Part shown: piece after piece, positions 9,667 through 20,466 of the stretch
Position numbering within the stretch: position 1 is the stretch's first letter
Layout of the letters: every line of letters starts with the position of its first letter
Assembly: GCF_000025125.1 (NCBI RefSeq)
Contig: NC_013771.1
Span: forward strand, 240,001-272,000
DNA length: 32,000 bases
Origin: Candidatus Atelocyanobacterium thalassa isolate ALOHA
GTDB lineage: Bacteria; Cyanobacteriota; Cyanobacteriia; Cyanobacteriales; Microcystaceae
Direction of reading: 5' to 3'
Notes under the pieces: generated by a model
Seen by the model: the letters and a program-made list of their open reading frames with translations, nothing else
The model's database searches: none
Told to the model about the DNA's origin: nothing
Made by a program: the position numbers and the translations under genes

Positions 9667-10195
9667 ACAAATCTTTGTTTATCCAAAAAATAGCTATATT
9701 TGATAATGATCTAAGTAAAATAATTTTTATATACTTTACAGGCCACCTTGATTTTCAAGCATTTAGGAATGTACTAAATATTCAAGGATTGAAGACTTTT
9801 TTGTATTGCCAATTAAAATCGTTACTGAAGAAATAACATACTACCATTGTATTGCTTAATATAAAAATATATTAAATTAATTTTAAAAATTAATATTTAG
9901 AACTATTTATATTTTTTCAAAATATAAATATCATGTCATTGAAATAATATTATTAAATTTTTCTAATGTACTTCGAATAAATCAGAGCAACTTATTCCCA
10001 TGTTATGGAGCAATAAAGCTCTGTTTCCAGTATATTATTTATGGTATAAAAAATAGGAAAATTAATAAGTAGTATAGTTAATAACTAACAATTAGTTCAC
10101 TATGTTTAAGACTGCTGAAATATAAACAACGATTATTTTACATAATAACCAGTTCTTATTAAACTAAGAAAAGTATAAAAAAGAGTAAATTCATT

Positions 10196-11239
10196 ATGGT
10201 CCTATTACTTGCTGGAGACATCGGCGGAACCAAAACAATTTTAAGCTTAGTTGAGTCAGAAAATGTTGAAAATGGCCAAAAATTACCCCAGCAACAAAGA
10301 CTATATGAGAAAACATATCCTAGTCAAGATTTTGTAGACCTTGTACCAATCGTAAAGCATTTTTGCGAAGAAGCACAGCTTCAACTAGGTTCAAAAATAA
10401 TAGTGAAAAACGCCTGTTTTGGGATTGCTGGACCAGTTATTAATAATACTTCAAAGCTAACTAATTTAAATTGGTTTTTAACTAGTAGTCGTTTACAGGA
10501 AGAACTTTTTATAGATAAAGTTGATTTAATTAATGATTTTGTAGCTATTAGCTATGGCATCTTAGGACTAAAGGATGAAGATCTATATACTTTACAAGAT
10601 GTTGAACCAAAGCCAAAAGCTCCTATTGCTGTTTTAGGAGCGGGTACAGGACTAGGAGAAGGATTTTTAATACCTTTAGAGAATGAAAAGTATGCCGCTT
10701 TCCCTTCTGAAGGTTCTCATGCTGATTTTGCACCACACAATAGTTTAGGATATGAATTATCAACATATATTAAAGAAAAATATAACTTATCTAGGATATC
10801 AGTTGAAAGAGTAGTTTCTGGAATAGGAATTAGTACAATATACGAATTTTTACGCCTAAAATACCCTGAACAAGAGTCAGAAAAGATGAAGATAGCTTAT
10901 GAAGCTTGGAAAATCAAAAAAGCTATTAATATTTCAGCAACCATATCTAAAGCTGCTATAGAAAATAATGATTTTCTATGTCAGCAAGCAATGGGACTCT
11001 TCATCGAATCTTATGGTTCAGAAGCAGGTAATCTTGCTTTAAAACTTCTACCATATAGTGGATTATATGTTGCTGGAGGAATAGCTGCAAAAATATTACC
11101 CTTGATGAAAAGTGAGGCATTTATAAACTCATTTAAATCTAAAGGAAGGATGAGTTCTCTTTTGTCTGAAATTCCTGTGCACGTAATATTGAATCCAAAA
11201 GTTGGCTTGATTGGTGCTGCATTATATGCAGGGCAGTAA
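10196..11239 (+). CDS. glk: Glucokinase
   Basis: 347 aa. It has the N-terminal ATP-binding motif [10 protein letters not shown] and resembles the bacterial Glk family over its full length ([15 protein letters not shown]). Confidence 0.88.
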   Translation: MVLLLAGDIGGTKTILSLVESENVENGQKLPQQQRLYEKTYPSQDFVDLVPIVKHFCEEAQLQLGSKIIVKNACFGIAGPVINNTSKLTNLNWFLTSSRLQEELFIDKVDLINDFVAISYGILGLKDEDLYTLQDVEPKPKAPIAVLGAGTGLGEGFLIPLENEKYAAFPSEGSHADFAPHNSLGYELSTYIKEKYNLSRISVERVVSGIGISTIYEFLRLKYPEQESEKMKIAYEAWKIKKAINISATISKAAIENNDFLCQQAMGLFIESYGSEAGNLALKLLPYSGLYVAGGIAAKILPLMKSEAFINSFKSKGRMSSLLSEIPVHVILNPKVGLIGAALYAGQ

Positions 11240-11265
11240 AAAATCTAATTTACTTTTCACAATAT

Positions 11266-12396
11266 ATGAGTTATAAGCATACAATTGTTGTCAAGATTGG
11301 TACCTCCAATCTTACCCAACCAGAGACAAGAAAATTAGTTTTATCGACAATTAATTCTTTAGTTAAAACATTAACTAAGTTAAGGCAATTAGGTCATAAT
11401 GTTGTTCTAGTTTCCTCAGGAGCTGTTGGAGTAGGTTGTAGTCGTCTAAAAGTAAAAGAAACACCAAAAAAAATTTCTTTAAAACAAGCGATTGCTGCAG
11501 TGGGCCAAGGAAGATTAATGCACGTATACGATGAGCTTTTTACTTCAATAGATCAACCAATAGCACAAATTCTATTAACTCGAAGAGAATTAATGGAAAG
11601 AAGCTGTTATATCAATGCTAGAAATACTTTTAATGCATTATTCAAGTTAGGTGTAATTCCTATCGTTAATGAAAATGATACAGTTGCCATTGAAGAATTA
11701 AAGTTTGGTGATAATGACACTCTCTCTGCCTCAGTCGCAAGTTTAATCAATGCAGATTGGTTATTTATACTAACAGATGTTGATTATCTTTATTCTGCTG
11801 ATCCACGTTTATTTCCTGACGCTCAACCTATTAGTAATGTTGATAGTGTACAGCTAGCTAAATTACAAGTTCAAGCTAATAGCACAGGATCTCAATGGGG
11901 AACAGGAGGAATGCTGACTAAGTTAACGGCGGCAAAATTAGCTACCAAAGCAGGAATAACAACAGTTATCACCAATGGAAAGTATCCAGAAAACTTAATC
12001 AAAATTCTTGATGGCGAAGATATCGGAACTAAATTTGGTGCTTATTTAGAAAACGATAATGCTCGAAAACGCTGGATTTCTTATGGTTTATTACCTACAG
12101 GAAAACTTTATCTTAATGAAGAGTCAATTATAGCAATTTCTCAAAAAGGAAAATCATTATTAGTAGCAGATGTAATAAGGGTCGAAGGTAATTTCAAGTC
12201 TTTTGAAGCAGTTAGGTTATGTAATGAGGGAGGAGAGGAAGTAGCAAGAGGAATAGTTAATTATAGTAAACATGAAATTGATAAAATAAATAAAAATCGT
12301 TTAGATAATATATCTCAATTACCAACTTGTGATGGATATGAGACAATTGTGCATAAAAATAACTTAGTCATTAGCAAAAAAAATATCAGACTATAA
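11266..12396 (+). CDS. proB: Glutamate 5-kinase with C-terminal PUA domain
   Basis: 376 aa. Amino-acid kinase fold motifs include VVKIGTS, VSSGAVG and NENDTV...FGDND. A C-terminal PUA-like segment is present. It lies 26 nt downstream of glk. Confidence 0.9.
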   Translation: MSYKHTIVVKIGTSNLTQPETRKLVLSTINSLVKTLTKLRQLGHNVVLVSSGAVGVGCSRLKVKETPKKISLKQAIAAVGQGRLMHVYDELFTSIDQPIAQILLTRRELMERSCYINARNTFNALFKLGVIPIVNENDTVAIEELKFGDNDTLSASVASLINADWLFILTDVDYLYSADPRLFPDAQPISNVDSVQLAKLQVQANSTGSQWGTGGMLTKLTAAKLATKAGITTVITNGKYPENLIKILDGEDIGTKFGAYLENDNARKRWISYGLLPTGKLYLNEESIIAISQKGKSLLVADVIRVEGNFKSFEAVRLCNEGGEEVARGIVNYSKHEIDKINKNRLDNISQLPTCDGYETIVHKNNLVISKKNIRL

Positions 12397-12470
12397 AAAA
12401 TATATATCTGAGCTTTGAACTTCTATTGTTCAATTGTCTACTTATATTATTAAATAACTTAAAAGTCTCT

Positions 12471-12506
12471 ACAGTTAAGCCTACGATTATTCGTAGGCTT
12501 AACTGT
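12471..12506. terminator. Perfect 16-bp hairpin between convergent proB and petE (putative bidirectional terminator)
   Basis: acagttaagcctacga / ttat / tcgtaggcttaactgt. The arms are exact reverse complements. It sits 75 nt after the proB stop and 21 nt after the petE stop. No clean U-tract follows on either side. Confidence 0.5.
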
Positions 12507-12526
12507 AATAATGGTTTTTAGTACAA

Positions 12527-12886
12527 TTATTGTACGACGATTTTTCCAACCATTCCAGCCCCACGATGAGGTTCACAATAATAGGTATATTCTCCAGCTT
12601 CATTGAAAGTACTTTCAAATGATTCTCCAGGAGAAAAAAGCAATCCTTTGTGAGAGTATTCTGCAGAGCTTTCAAATACAACATTATGAGGAGCTAATTT
12701 ATTGTTGACCCATTTAACAGTATCTCCTGATTTAATTGTTACTGTTTTTGGTTCAAATCCTAACATTCCGGAATCGGTTCCCATTTTTACTTCGAAGGTT
12801 TTAGCTGTAGCAGGACTAGCTGCAACAAAAAAACTAGAAATAACTAGGCAAAATGCAGCAATAAGCAATCCTAATTTTTTAAACAT
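12527..12886 (-). CDS. petE: Plastocyanin precursor
   Basis: 119 aa. The signal peptide ends ...ASPATA. The type-1 copper ligand region is [18 protein letters not shown], with an upstream His in LAPHNVVF. An AGGAA SD lies upstream. Confidence 0.95.
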   Translation of the reverse strand: MFKKLGLLIAAFCLVISSFFVAASPATAKTFEVKMGTDSGMLGFEPKTVTIKSGDTVKWVNNKLAPHNVVFESSAEYSHKGLLFSPGESFESTFNEAGEYTYYCEPHRGAGMVGKIVVQ

Positions 12887-12952
12887 ATTATCGTTCCTAC
12901 CAGTGTCTTAACTAAAAGAAAGATTGACGTAACTTGTTCGGTTATACATCCC

Positions 12953-12981
12953 ACTATAAATCTAATAATGAAGTTTGACAA
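12953..12981 (-). promoter_or_regulatory. Candidate sigma70-type promoter for petE (TTGTCA-N17-TATAGT)
   Basis: Minus strand reads TTGTCA aacttcattattagatt TATAGT, with the spacer counted as 17. The -10 element lies about 67 nt upstream of the petE ATG. This is sequence only, with no TSS data. Confidence 0.35.
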
Positions 12982-13052
12982 CCTGTCTTTGGACAAAAGT
13001 TAATATTTTTGCTCTGCTTTAATTGAGATACTGTCAAGCAATATATTAATGT

Positions 13053-13104
13053 AATAATACTTTTAAAGATTTACCACAATTGATAAATCTTTAAAAGTAT
13101 TATT
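13053..13104 (-). terminator. Perfect 21-bp inverted repeat with a 10-nt loop, downstream of typA
   Basis: aataatacttttaaagattta / ccacaattga / taaatctttaaaagtattatt. The arms are exact reverse complements. It lies 33 nt past the typA stop. Confidence 0.5.
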
Positions 13105-13136
13105 GGTTAATGATACCCTCATGCTAGTCGGCAAAA

Positions 13137-14930
13137 TTATTTTTTTGCTAATTTTTTCGTTTTAACTTTGCGTAACCGAATAGACTCTGGGGTAACCTCT
13201 ACAAGTTCATCAGGACCAATATATTCTAAAGCCCTTTCTAAATTCATCTCTTGTGGTGTTTGTAACTGAACTAACTCTTCACCGCCCGAGGCACGATGGT
13301 TAGTTAGCTGCTTAGTTTTACAAACATTAATTTCTATATCTGGTGGACGGTTATGTTCCCCTATAACCATACCTCTATATACTTTTGTGCCAGGAGAAAT
13401 AAAGAACATTCCTCTATCTTCAGCATTTTTCATTGCGTAGAAAGTAGACACACCTTCTTCAAAGGAAATCATTACACCGTTATAACGTGTTTCTAGATTA
13501 CCAGATGCAGGACGATAATCTAAAAAGCTATGATTCATAATTCCATCTCCTCTTGATAGACGAATAAAGTCTCCGCGGAAACCTAGTAATCCTCTGGCAG
13601 GTATAATGAATTCCAGCTGTGTTCGTCCATTAACACCTGTCTCCATATCTTGCATTTCTCCTCTTCTTTGCCCTAGACGTTCCATGCAGGATCCAACAGC
13701 TTCTTCAGGAACATCTAAAATCAAATATTCGAAAGGTTCATGAGATTTCCCATCAACTTGTCGATAAATAACCTGAGGCTGAGCAACTTGGAACTCATAA
13801 CCTTCTCTACGCATTGTTTCGATGAGAATACCTAAGTGTAATTCTCCTCTCCCTGATACTAGGAACTTATCAGAAGAATCTCCAGTACTTACCTTTAAAG
13901 CAACATTAGTTTCTAATTCTCTCATTAGACGATCACGTAATTGTCGAGAAGTGACAAATTTTCCTTCTTGACCTGCAAAAGGAGAATCATTAACTGAAAA
14001 AGTCATTTGTAAAGTAGGTTCGTCAACCTTGATCAAGGGTAAGGCTTGAGGGCTTTCAGAACACGCTAAAGTTTCTCCAATGTTGGCATCAGAAAAACCC
14101 GCTACAGCTACAATATTACCCGCAGTACTTTCTTTCAACTCTACTCTTTGTAAACCTTCAAATCCTAAAAGCTTACTAACTTTCCCTTTAACATAACTAC
14201 CATCTTCTTTAATTAGTGTTGCTTGTTGTCCAGCAACAATTTTCCCATTATTTATACGACCTATTATGATACGTCCTAAATATTCTGAATAATCTAAAGT
14301 AGTGACCTGTAACTGTAAAGGTTTTTCTTCATCTCCTGATGGAGGGGGAACACAACGCAAAATTGTTTGAAAAAGAGGTTGCATATCTACAGATTCATCC
14401 TCTAAATTCACTTTTGCAAATCCTGATATACCAGAGGCGAATAAAGTAGTAAAGTCACATTGATCATCGTCACCCCCAAGTTCAACGAAAAGATCAAATA
14501 CTTTATCAACAGCTTGATCTGGTTCAGCTTGAGGACGATCAATTTTATTTACGACAACAATAGGGCGTAAACCTTTTTCTAAGGCTTTCTTAAGTACAAA
14601 GCGAGTTTGAGGCATAGGGCCTTCATTCGCATCTACAATTAAAATACAACCATCAACCATTCCCAATACTCGTTCAACTTCCCCGCCAAAATCTGCGTGT
14701 CCAGGAGTATCAATAATGTTGATCAGAGTATTTTCATATCGAACAGCAGTATTTTTTGATAAAATAGTAATGCCTCGTTCTCTCTCTAAAGTATTAGAGT
14801 CCATTACACAATCAGGAACTTCTTCTCCTTCACGGAAAACTCCAGACTGTTTAAGAAGAGAATCAACCAAGGTAGTTTTACCGTGGTCAACGTGGGCGAT
14901 AATAGCAACATTGCGGATGAGGAGAGACAT
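13137..14930 (-). CDS. typA: Translational GTPase TypA/BipA
   Basis: 597 aa. G motifs are [17 protein letters not shown] and NKIDR. The architecture is EF-G-like, with the TypA-specific C-terminal domain. Confidence 0.95.
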   Translation of the reverse strand: MSLLIRNVAIIAHVDHGKTTLVDSLLKQSGVFREGEEVPDCVMDSNTLERERGITILSKNTAVRYENTLINIIDTPGHADFGGEVERVLGMVDGCILIVDANEGPMPQTRFVLKKALEKGLRPIVVVNKIDRPQAEPDQAVDKVFDLFVELGGDDDQCDFTTLFASGISGFAKVNLEDESVDMQPLFQTILRCVPPPSGDEEKPLQLQVTTLDYSEYLGRIIIGRINNGKIVAGQQATLIKEDGSYVKGKVSKLLGFEGLQRVELKESTAGNIVAVAGFSDANIGETLACSESPQALPLIKVDEPTLQMTFSVNDSPFAGQEGKFVTSRQLRDRLMRELETNVALKVSTGDSSDKFLVSGRGELHLGILIETMRREGYEFQVAQPQVIYRQVDGKSHEPFEYLILDVPEEAVGSCMERLGQRRGEMQDMETGVNGRTQLEFIIPARGLLGFRGDFIRLSRGDGIMNHSFLDYRPASGNLETRYNGVMISFEEGVSTFYAMKNAEDRGMFFISPGTKVYRGMVIGEHNRPPDIEINVCKTKQLTNHRASGGEELVQLQTPQEMNLERALEYIGPDELVEVTPESIRLRKVKTKKLAKK

Positions 14931-14999
14931 AGGATGCAGTAATGAGAGTAGTATAGCTACTCTACTATTAATTTTGTTATAATTGTAGCTTATATTAAA

Positions 15000-15037
15000 A
15001 AATATCTAAAGAAAATTGATATTTTCTTTAGATATTT
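15000..15037 (-). terminator. Perfect 17-bp hairpin plus U-tract, downstream of ssrA
   Basis: aaatatctaaagaaaat / tgat / attttctttagatattt. On the minus-strand RNA the stem is followed by UUUU. It lies 82 nt past the tmRNA 3' end. Confidence 0.55.
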
Positions 15038-15118
15038 AGTTTATTTAGCTATTCTTATACGTGTAATGGCTTGTAAAACATTACACATATTTTATAGAAA
15101 AATTTCGTAAAGTTTTGA

Positions 15119-15502
15119 TGGAGCCGAGCAGAGTTGAACTGCTGTCCAAATTAGCTATTAACTTAAAGCTCATTCACAGGCTTAGCCTATTATTCCTTAA
15201 GGCAGGATTTACTCTTATACCTGAGTAAAAAGGTTACTCTGATAAATTTTTACTTAATAGTCAATCAGAGGCAGCTATTAAGAATATCCGTTTAAGGTTG
15301 ATCTCTTACTTTTAACGGAGTCAAGTATGAGATAAGCGAATTCTGTAAAAGAATTTTTAGGCAGCTACTGCCACGCGCTTGAAGCTTACGATGTTGTTCG
15401 CAGTTACTATTTTTTTTGAGTTTTTGATTTACGAGAGGAAACTCACTCTCGACCTGTATCACAATTCAGAGTTCACTAACCTGTCGAAGCCGTTGCGGCC
15501 CC
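15119..15502 (-). ncRNA. ssrA: tmRNA (SsrA), standard one-piece form, about 384 nt without CCA
   Basis: The minus strand begins GGGGCCGCAACGGCTTCGACAGG. It ends ...AGCAG TTCAACT CTGCT CGGCTCC A, giving a T-arm and a 7-bp acceptor stem with a G3:U pair; CCA is not encoded. The tag ORF is GCG AAC AAC ATC GTA AGC TTC AAG CGC GTG GCA GTA GCT GCC TAA = ANNIVSFKRVAVAA* (plus coordinates 15357-15401). Confidence 0.93.
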
Positions 15503-15523
15503 TAGATTATTTCTATATTGATG

Positions 15524-15552
15524 ATTATAAAGATAATTTTATTTTTTCGCAA
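15524..15552 (-). promoter_or_regulatory. Candidate ssrA promoter (TTGCGA-N17-TATAAT)
   Basis: Minus strand reads TTGCGA aaaaataaaattatctt TATAAT, with the spacer counted as 17. The -10 element ends 21 nt upstream of the mature tmRNA 5' end. That is compatible with a short RNase P-processed leader. Confidence 0.45.
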
Positions 15553-15644
15553 CGTAAAGACTTGTTAAAAGATTTTAAAAATATTGTACTTATCTCAATT
15601 ATTAATTTAAACTATCTAGATTAATAATTACTTAATATTACTTT

Positions 15645-16631
15645 ATGTTTCCTCTTAACCGTCCTCGTCGTTTACGCACCAATCAAAGATTACGTGACAT
15701 GGTATGTGAAACAAAATTAACATTAGATGACCTAATTTATCCCTTATTCGCAGTTCCAGGAAACAATATTGCTAAAGAAGTAATATCTATGCCTGGTATT
15801 TTCCAGTTATCGATAGATAAAATTGTGAATGAAGCAAAAATGGTTCGCGATTTAGGGATTCCAGCAATTATTCTTTTTGGAGTTCCAGAAGAAAAGAATT
15901 CAGAAGCTACAGGTGCATGGGGTAAAGAAGGTATAGTACAGCGAGCTACTGAAGCAATTAAAAGAGAAGTTAAAGATCTAATAGTTATTGTTGATACTTG
16001 TGTATGCGAATATACTGATCATGGGCATTGCGGATATTTAAAGAAGGATGATTGCACTGGAGAAGTTTTAAACGATTCAACTTTAGAGTTATTAAAAAAG
16101 ACTGCCGTTTCTCAAGCTCTTGCCGGAGCTGATATAATTGCACCATCAGGAATGATGGATGGTTTTGTAAGGTCTATTAGAGAAAAGTTAGATCAAGAGG
16201 GTTTTAGTAATATTCCTATATTATCTTATGCAGCTAAGTATGCTTCTGGTTATTATGGACCATTTCGAGATGCTGCAGATTCATCTCCACAATTTGGTGA
16301 TCGTAGAACTTACCAAATGGATCCTGGAAATGCTAGAGAAGCATTAAAAGAAGTTATGTTAGACATTGAAGAAGGAGCAGACATGTTAATGGTTAAACCT
16401 GCATTATCATACATGGATATCCTGTGGAGGATCAAGGAAATGACTAATCTTCCTGTCGCTGCATACAACGTTTCTGGAGAATACTCAATGATTAAAGCGG
16501 CAGCAGCTAATGGATGGATAGATGAAAAGCAGGTTACATTGGAAACCTTAACTAGTTTTAAAAGAGCTGGTGCAGATCTTATTTTAACCTATCATGCAAA
16601 AGACGTTGCTCGCTGGATTCAGTCAAAATAG
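15645..16631 (+). CDS. hemB: Porphobilinogen synthase (delta-aminolevulinate dehydratase), Zn-type
   Basis: 328 aa. It has the Cys-rich metal site [14 protein letters not shown] and a Schiff-base Lys region MVKPA. It resembles the HemB family over its full length. Confidence 0.93.
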   Translation: MFPLNRPRRLRTNQRLRDMVCETKLTLDDLIYPLFAVPGNNIAKEVISMPGIFQLSIDKIVNEAKMVRDLGIPAIILFGVPEEKNSEATGAWGKEGIVQRATEAIKREVKDLIVIVDTCVCEYTDHGHCGYLKKDDCTGEVLNDSTLELLKKTAVSQALAGADIIAPSGMMDGFVRSIREKLDQEGFSNIPILSYAAKYASGYYGPFRDAADSSPQFGDRRTYQMDPGNAREALKEVMLDIEEGADMLMVKPALSYMDILWRIKEMTNLPVAAYNVSGEYSMIKAAAANGWIDEKQVTLETLTSFKRAGADLILTYHAKDVARWIQSK

Positions 16632-16930
16632 GCTTTAAAGTGAAAAAATTTCATTAACTATAATACTTTTCGATTTATATGACTTATGGTAAAACTTTAA
16701 CTTTTACATTTTTATTTTACGAATCTAGAAGCAAAAGAGAGTCAACAAATATAATTATTAATACACTAATGAATAAGTAGCATGAAAATTCTAGATATTT
16801 ATTCTAACTATTTTTAAAAAGACTGAATAGATTTATGCCTGATGAAATAACAATACTTTTAATACAAATTATTTTACTAATAAACATATACTATGTTAAT
16901 ATATATGAGGTTTAAAAACACAAAGCTCTC

Positions 16931-17001
16931 GCGGGTGTAGTTTAGTGGTAAAACCTTAGCCTTCCAAGCTAATGATGGGGGTTCGATTCCCCCCACCCGC
17001 T
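16931..17001 (+). tRNA. tRNA-Gly (anticodon UCC)
   Basis: Folded by hand. Acceptor GCGGGTG/CACCCGC, D-arm GTTT-AGTGGTA-AAAC, anticodon arm TTAGC-CTTCCAA-GCTAA (anticodon TCC), T-arm GGGGG-TTCGATT-CCCCC, discriminator T. CCA is not encoded. Confidence 0.93.
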
Positions 17002-17064
17002 TTATTAAGATTAGACTATGTAATAATTATATTTTTAAAGTCATGAGTCACATGACAGTTATCT

Positions 17065-17895
17065 ATGTTACTAGGACTCCAATTTCAATCTCCTGGTCCT
17101 ATAATATTTGAATTAGGACCTTTTGTTGTCAGATGGTACGGTCTCTTTATTGCTTCTGCGGTTTTGATTGGAATTACATTATCAAAGTGGTTAGCAAAGT
17201 CTCTTCGAATTGATCCAGAAATGATAGGTGACTTAGGAATTTGGCTAATCATAGCTGCTATTCCTTGTGCACGAATTTATTATGTTATATTTCAGTGGCA
17301 CATTTATAGTCAATATCCAGAAGATATAATTGCCATCTGGAAAGGAGGTATTGCGATCCATGGAGCAATTATTGGAGGAACTTTATCTACCTTGATTTTC
17401 GCGCGTCTAAATAAAATTTCTGCCTGGCAGTTAACTGACTTAGTAGTTCCATCTTTAGCATTGGGACAGTCTATTGGTAGATGGGGGAATTTTTTTAATT
17501 CTGAAGCTTTTGGAATACCAACTAATTTACCTTGGAAACTATACATTCCTTTGATTAAACGGCCGGTAGAATATATCTCTTTCGAATACTTTCATCCTAC
17601 TTTCTTATATGAATCTATCTGGGATTTTTTAGTTTTTGTAATTTTATTAACTTTATTCTTTTGGACATTAAAATACCCAAACTATTTTCATACTGGGACT
17701 TTATCGTTAGTATATTTGATAGTATATAGCTTTGGCAGAATTTTTATAGAAACACTTAGAACAGATAGTTTAATTTTTGGATCATTTAAAGTGGCACAAG
17801 TTATTAGTTTAATGATGATTATTTCAGGAATATTTGGACTAGTATGGTTATATCTTTTAAAAAAATCTTTGCCAGATGTAGTCTCTCGTAGATAA
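17065..17895 (+). CDS. lgt: Prolipoprotein diacylglyceryl transferase
   Basis: 276 aa polytopic membrane protein. It has the Lgt signature [13 protein letters not shown] and the conserved N-terminal VRWYGL. Confidence 0.9.
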   Translation: MLLGLQFQSPGPIIFELGPFVVRWYGLFIASAVLIGITLSKWLAKSLRIDPEMIGDLGIWLIIAAIPCARIYYVIFQWHIYSQYPEDIIAIWKGGIAIHGAIIGGTLSTLIFARLNKISAWQLTDLVVPSLALGQSIGRWGNFFNSEAFGIPTNLPWKLYIPLIKRPVEYISFEYFHPTFLYESIWDFLVFVILLTLFFWTLKYPNYFHTGTLSLVYLIVYSFGRIFIETLRTDSLIFGSFKVAQVISLMMIISGIFGLVWLYLLKKSLPDVVSRR

Positions 17896-17896
17896 G

Positions 17897-17965
17897 GCCA
17901 GAATATCAATCTTCTTTGCTTCATTATTGTAATGAAATTTAGATTGAATGATGAATCTGGCTTTT
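17897..17965 (+). terminator. Composite hairpin plus TTTT immediately after lgt
   Basis: Outer stem GCCAGA(17897-17902)/TCTGGC(17956-17961), middle stem TCAATC/GATTGA, inner stem TTCATTA-ttg-TAATGAA. TTTT follows at 17962-17965. Paired by hand. Confidence 0.45.
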
Positions 17966-18006
17966 AAAAATCTTTTATTAAACGCTTTATATTCATCTCT
18001 TACAAT

Positions 18007-20445
18007 ATGAAAACGCTACAATCACTAAAAAAGAACTTGGTAAAACTTTTACGAGAAAATTATTCCAAACATTTCGGGCTGAAGAAAAAAAACAATTTTG
18101 AATCAAAAATTATTTATGAGTCAAATTGGTTAGCAAAGTTACATCAATCAAAATCAATTAAGAAAATTTATCCACCATTAATGTGGGGAATAACTGTTAT
18201 ATCGCTTTCCAGCGTTATTGGATACCGTTTTTATAATCAACCTCAATTATCTGTAGGTACTCTTTCCCCAGTAAAAGTTATTGCTCCTAAAGATGGTAAT
18301 TTTGAAGATAGGAAAACTACTGAAGATAAACGAAAAGAAGTCCGTACAGGTATCATACCTGTCTTAAAGAGAGATCCAAGACTTACAAAAGAACTTAAAG
18401 AAGAGCTTAAAAAAACTATTTCTGAAATCGAACAATTACGTAAAAAAATAAATCTTTTTTCTTCTGTAGATGTTGTACTCATTCCTCTCTCTACTCAAAA
18501 ATACTTAAGAAAAGTGAATGAAAGAGATTGGCAAATAATTCAGCTAGTAATTATTAATCATAATTTTCAGAATATACCGGCATCTAAACCCAAAATCAAA
18601 CAAGTAGTTTCTCAATTAGTTGCTTATAGTGAAGCAACTTCTTTAATATCTCTTAAAAATCTTTTAGAGAAAATTGAACAATCTCGACAACTTTACAATC
18701 AAACCAAGGCTGAAGCTTCAAATAGTCAAGCCTCTTATTTGTCATCAGAACTGTTTACAACTTTTTTAAATCTTGATGATTATACTTGGCAAACTGTAGA
18801 AAAAATCTTACAGACAACTTTAAATAGAATCCTTCTTCAAGGCCTTCATCCTGGAATTCCTGATTATTTATTAAAGGAGATAATTAATATTCAGCTTGAA
18901 TCCACCACCTCGGCTGTACCAAAGCCAGCAATAACGAAGCTTTTGATGAGAATTCTCAAAAGTCAGCATAATTTAACAGTAGACAAAGAAGCAACGAAGC
19001 AGAGAGCGGAACAAGCTGCTCAAGCGGTTGAAGCAGTCATAGTAAAAATCAAGGCAGGAGATATAATTGTAGAAGCAGAAGAATATATTACTCAGGAAAA
19101 ATTTGTACTTCTTGATAGCTTTCGATTAAGCCGTCGTGGAATAAATTGGATTGGATTATCTATTTCTGTACTAATAGTTATAGGTACAGTCGTCATATTT
19201 TGTTTAATTAGTCAAAGAATTAATCATTCTATACGTCGAAGAGATCATATTTTAATTTGTCTATTAAGTTTAAGTACTCCGCTTTTAGGAATTTTTAATT
19301 TAGGTTATACGAATCTTCCGGCTATAGGATTATTATCTAGTAGTTTTTATGGTCCAACTTTAGCAATAACTCAAGTAATTTTATTAAGTGGTTTATCAGC
19401 ATTTGCAGCGACTAGTATTAATTGGAGCTATATACTAGCAGGAACTGCAGGAGGATTATTAGCTGCTTCTGTAGCCTGGAAGCTTAGATCTCGTGATGAG
19501 TTAGCTTGTTTGGGAGGAGTAGTTGGTATAGTGCAAGGAAGTCTCTATTTTATTGGTTATTTAATAATGGCTCCAGCAGTAGGAACAATTTGGTCAGTAA
19601 TTCTGCCTGAATCAATAATTTATGGTTTGTCTGGAATTGCTTGGAGTGTAATGGGACTAGGAATTTCTCCTTATTTAGAACGCTTATTTGATTTAGTAAC
19701 ATCAATTAGATTAGTAGAGCTAGCTAATCCGAATTGTGGATTATTAAAAAGATTAGCGACAGAAACACCAGGAACATTTCAACATACTCTTTTCGTTGCA
19801 TGTTTAGCGGAAGCAGCGGCAAGAGAGTTAGATTGCAACGTTGAACTAATTAGAGCTGGGACTTTATACCATGATATTGGAAAATTACATGATCCTATGG
19901 GTTTTATCGAAAATCAAATGGGAGACACCAATAAACATGATGTGATAGATGATCCATGGCAAAGTGTAAAAATTATAAAAAAACATGTTAGCGAAGGCTT
20001 GGTTATGGCAAATAAATATGGCCTACCAAAAGTAATTCGCGACTTTATACCTGAACATCAAGGTACATTACTAATTTCTTACTTTTATCATCAAGCAGCT
20101 CAAGAGGCGCTAAATAATGGAGAAAATGAGATTTCTGAACAAGAATTTAGATATGCTGGACCTATTCCTCAATTACGTGAAACTGGAATTGTTATGCTAG
20201 CAGATGGATGTGAGGCCGCGCTAAGATCCTTAAAAGAAGCAACTCCAGAAATGGCTTTATTAATGGTCCAAAAAATTTTTAAAGCTCGTTGGCGCGATAA
20301 TCAATTGAAAGATAGTGGTATTAGATATGAAGAATTACCTATAATTGCTGAAGTTTTTGTTAAAGTTTGGCAACAGTTTCATCACCAAAGAATTGTTTAT
20401 CCTAAATCTGCTCTTGAGCCTACAAAAAATAACAAATTAAGTTAA
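18007..20445 (+). CDS. 7TM-receptor HD-domain phosphohydrolase (PgpH/YqfF-like, HDIG family; candidate cyclic-di-AMP phosphodiesterase)
   Basis: 812 aa. It has an N-terminal TM followed by a large extracytoplasmic domain, then about 7 TM helices (residues ~385-560). The C-terminal HD domain has HTLFVA...LYHDIGKL...PEHQGT. Confidence 0.8.
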   Translation: MKTLQSLKKNLVKLLRENYSKHFGLKKKNNFESKIIYESNWLAKLHQSKSIKKIYPPLMWGITVISLSSVIGYRFYNQPQLSVGTLSPVKVIAPKDGNFEDRKTTEDKRKEVRTGIIPVLKRDPRLTKELKEELKKTISEIEQLRKKINLFSSVDVVLIPLSTQKYLRKVNERDWQIIQLVIINHNFQNIPASKPKIKQVVSQLVAYSEATSLISLKNLLEKIEQSRQLYNQTKAEASNSQASYLSSELFTTFLNLDDYTWQTVEKILQTTLNRILLQGLHPGIPDYLLKEIINIQLESTTSAVPKPAITKLLMRILKSQHNLTVDKEATKQRAEQAAQAVEAVIVKIKAGDIIVEAEEYITQEKFVLLDSFRLSRRGINWIGLSISVLIVIGTVVIFCLISQRINHSIRRRDHILICLLSLSTPLLGIFNLGYTNLPAIGLLSSSFYGPTLAITQVILLSGLSAFAATSINWSYILAGTAGGLLAASVAWKLRSRDELACLGGVVGIVQGSLYFIGYLIMAPAVGTIWSVILPESIIYGLSGIAWSVMGLGISPYLERLFDLVTSIRLVELANPNCGLLKRLATETPGTFQHTLFVACLAEAAARELDCNVELIRAGTLYHDIGKLHDPMGFIENQMGDTNKHDVIDDPWQSVKIIKKHVSEGLVMANKYGLPKVIRDFIPEHQGTLLISYFYHQAAQEALNNGENEISEQEFRYAGPIPQLRETGIVMLADGCEAALRSLKEATPEMALLMVQKIFKARWRDNQLKDSGIRYEELPIIAEVFVKVWQQFHHQRIVYPKSALEPTKNNKLS

Positions 20446-20466
20446 TTGTTAAAGGGAATATTTCAA

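Noticed and set aside
9679-9687. DnaA-box-like TTATCCAAA in a long AT-rich spacer (possible oriC)
   Set aside because: It is a single imperfect box with no cluster of boxes. dnaA and dnaN are not nearby. AT-richness is general in this genome.
15379-15624. 81-aa ORF on the plus strand
   Set aside because: It is antisense to, and largely overlapped by, a clearly identifiable tmRNA gene. It has a low-complexity AT-biased sequence and no SD.
16679-16780. 33-aa ORF (MTYGKTLTFTFLFYESRSKRESTNIIINTLMNK) in the hemB-tRNA spacer, and a 26-aa hydrophobic ORF at 16835-16915 (MPDEITILLIQIILLINIYYVNIYEV)
   Set aside because: They have no SD and no resemblance to the small cyanobacterial membrane subunits (PetG/L/M/N, PsaI/J/M, Psb*) or small ribosomal proteins. 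Their length is within chance expectation.
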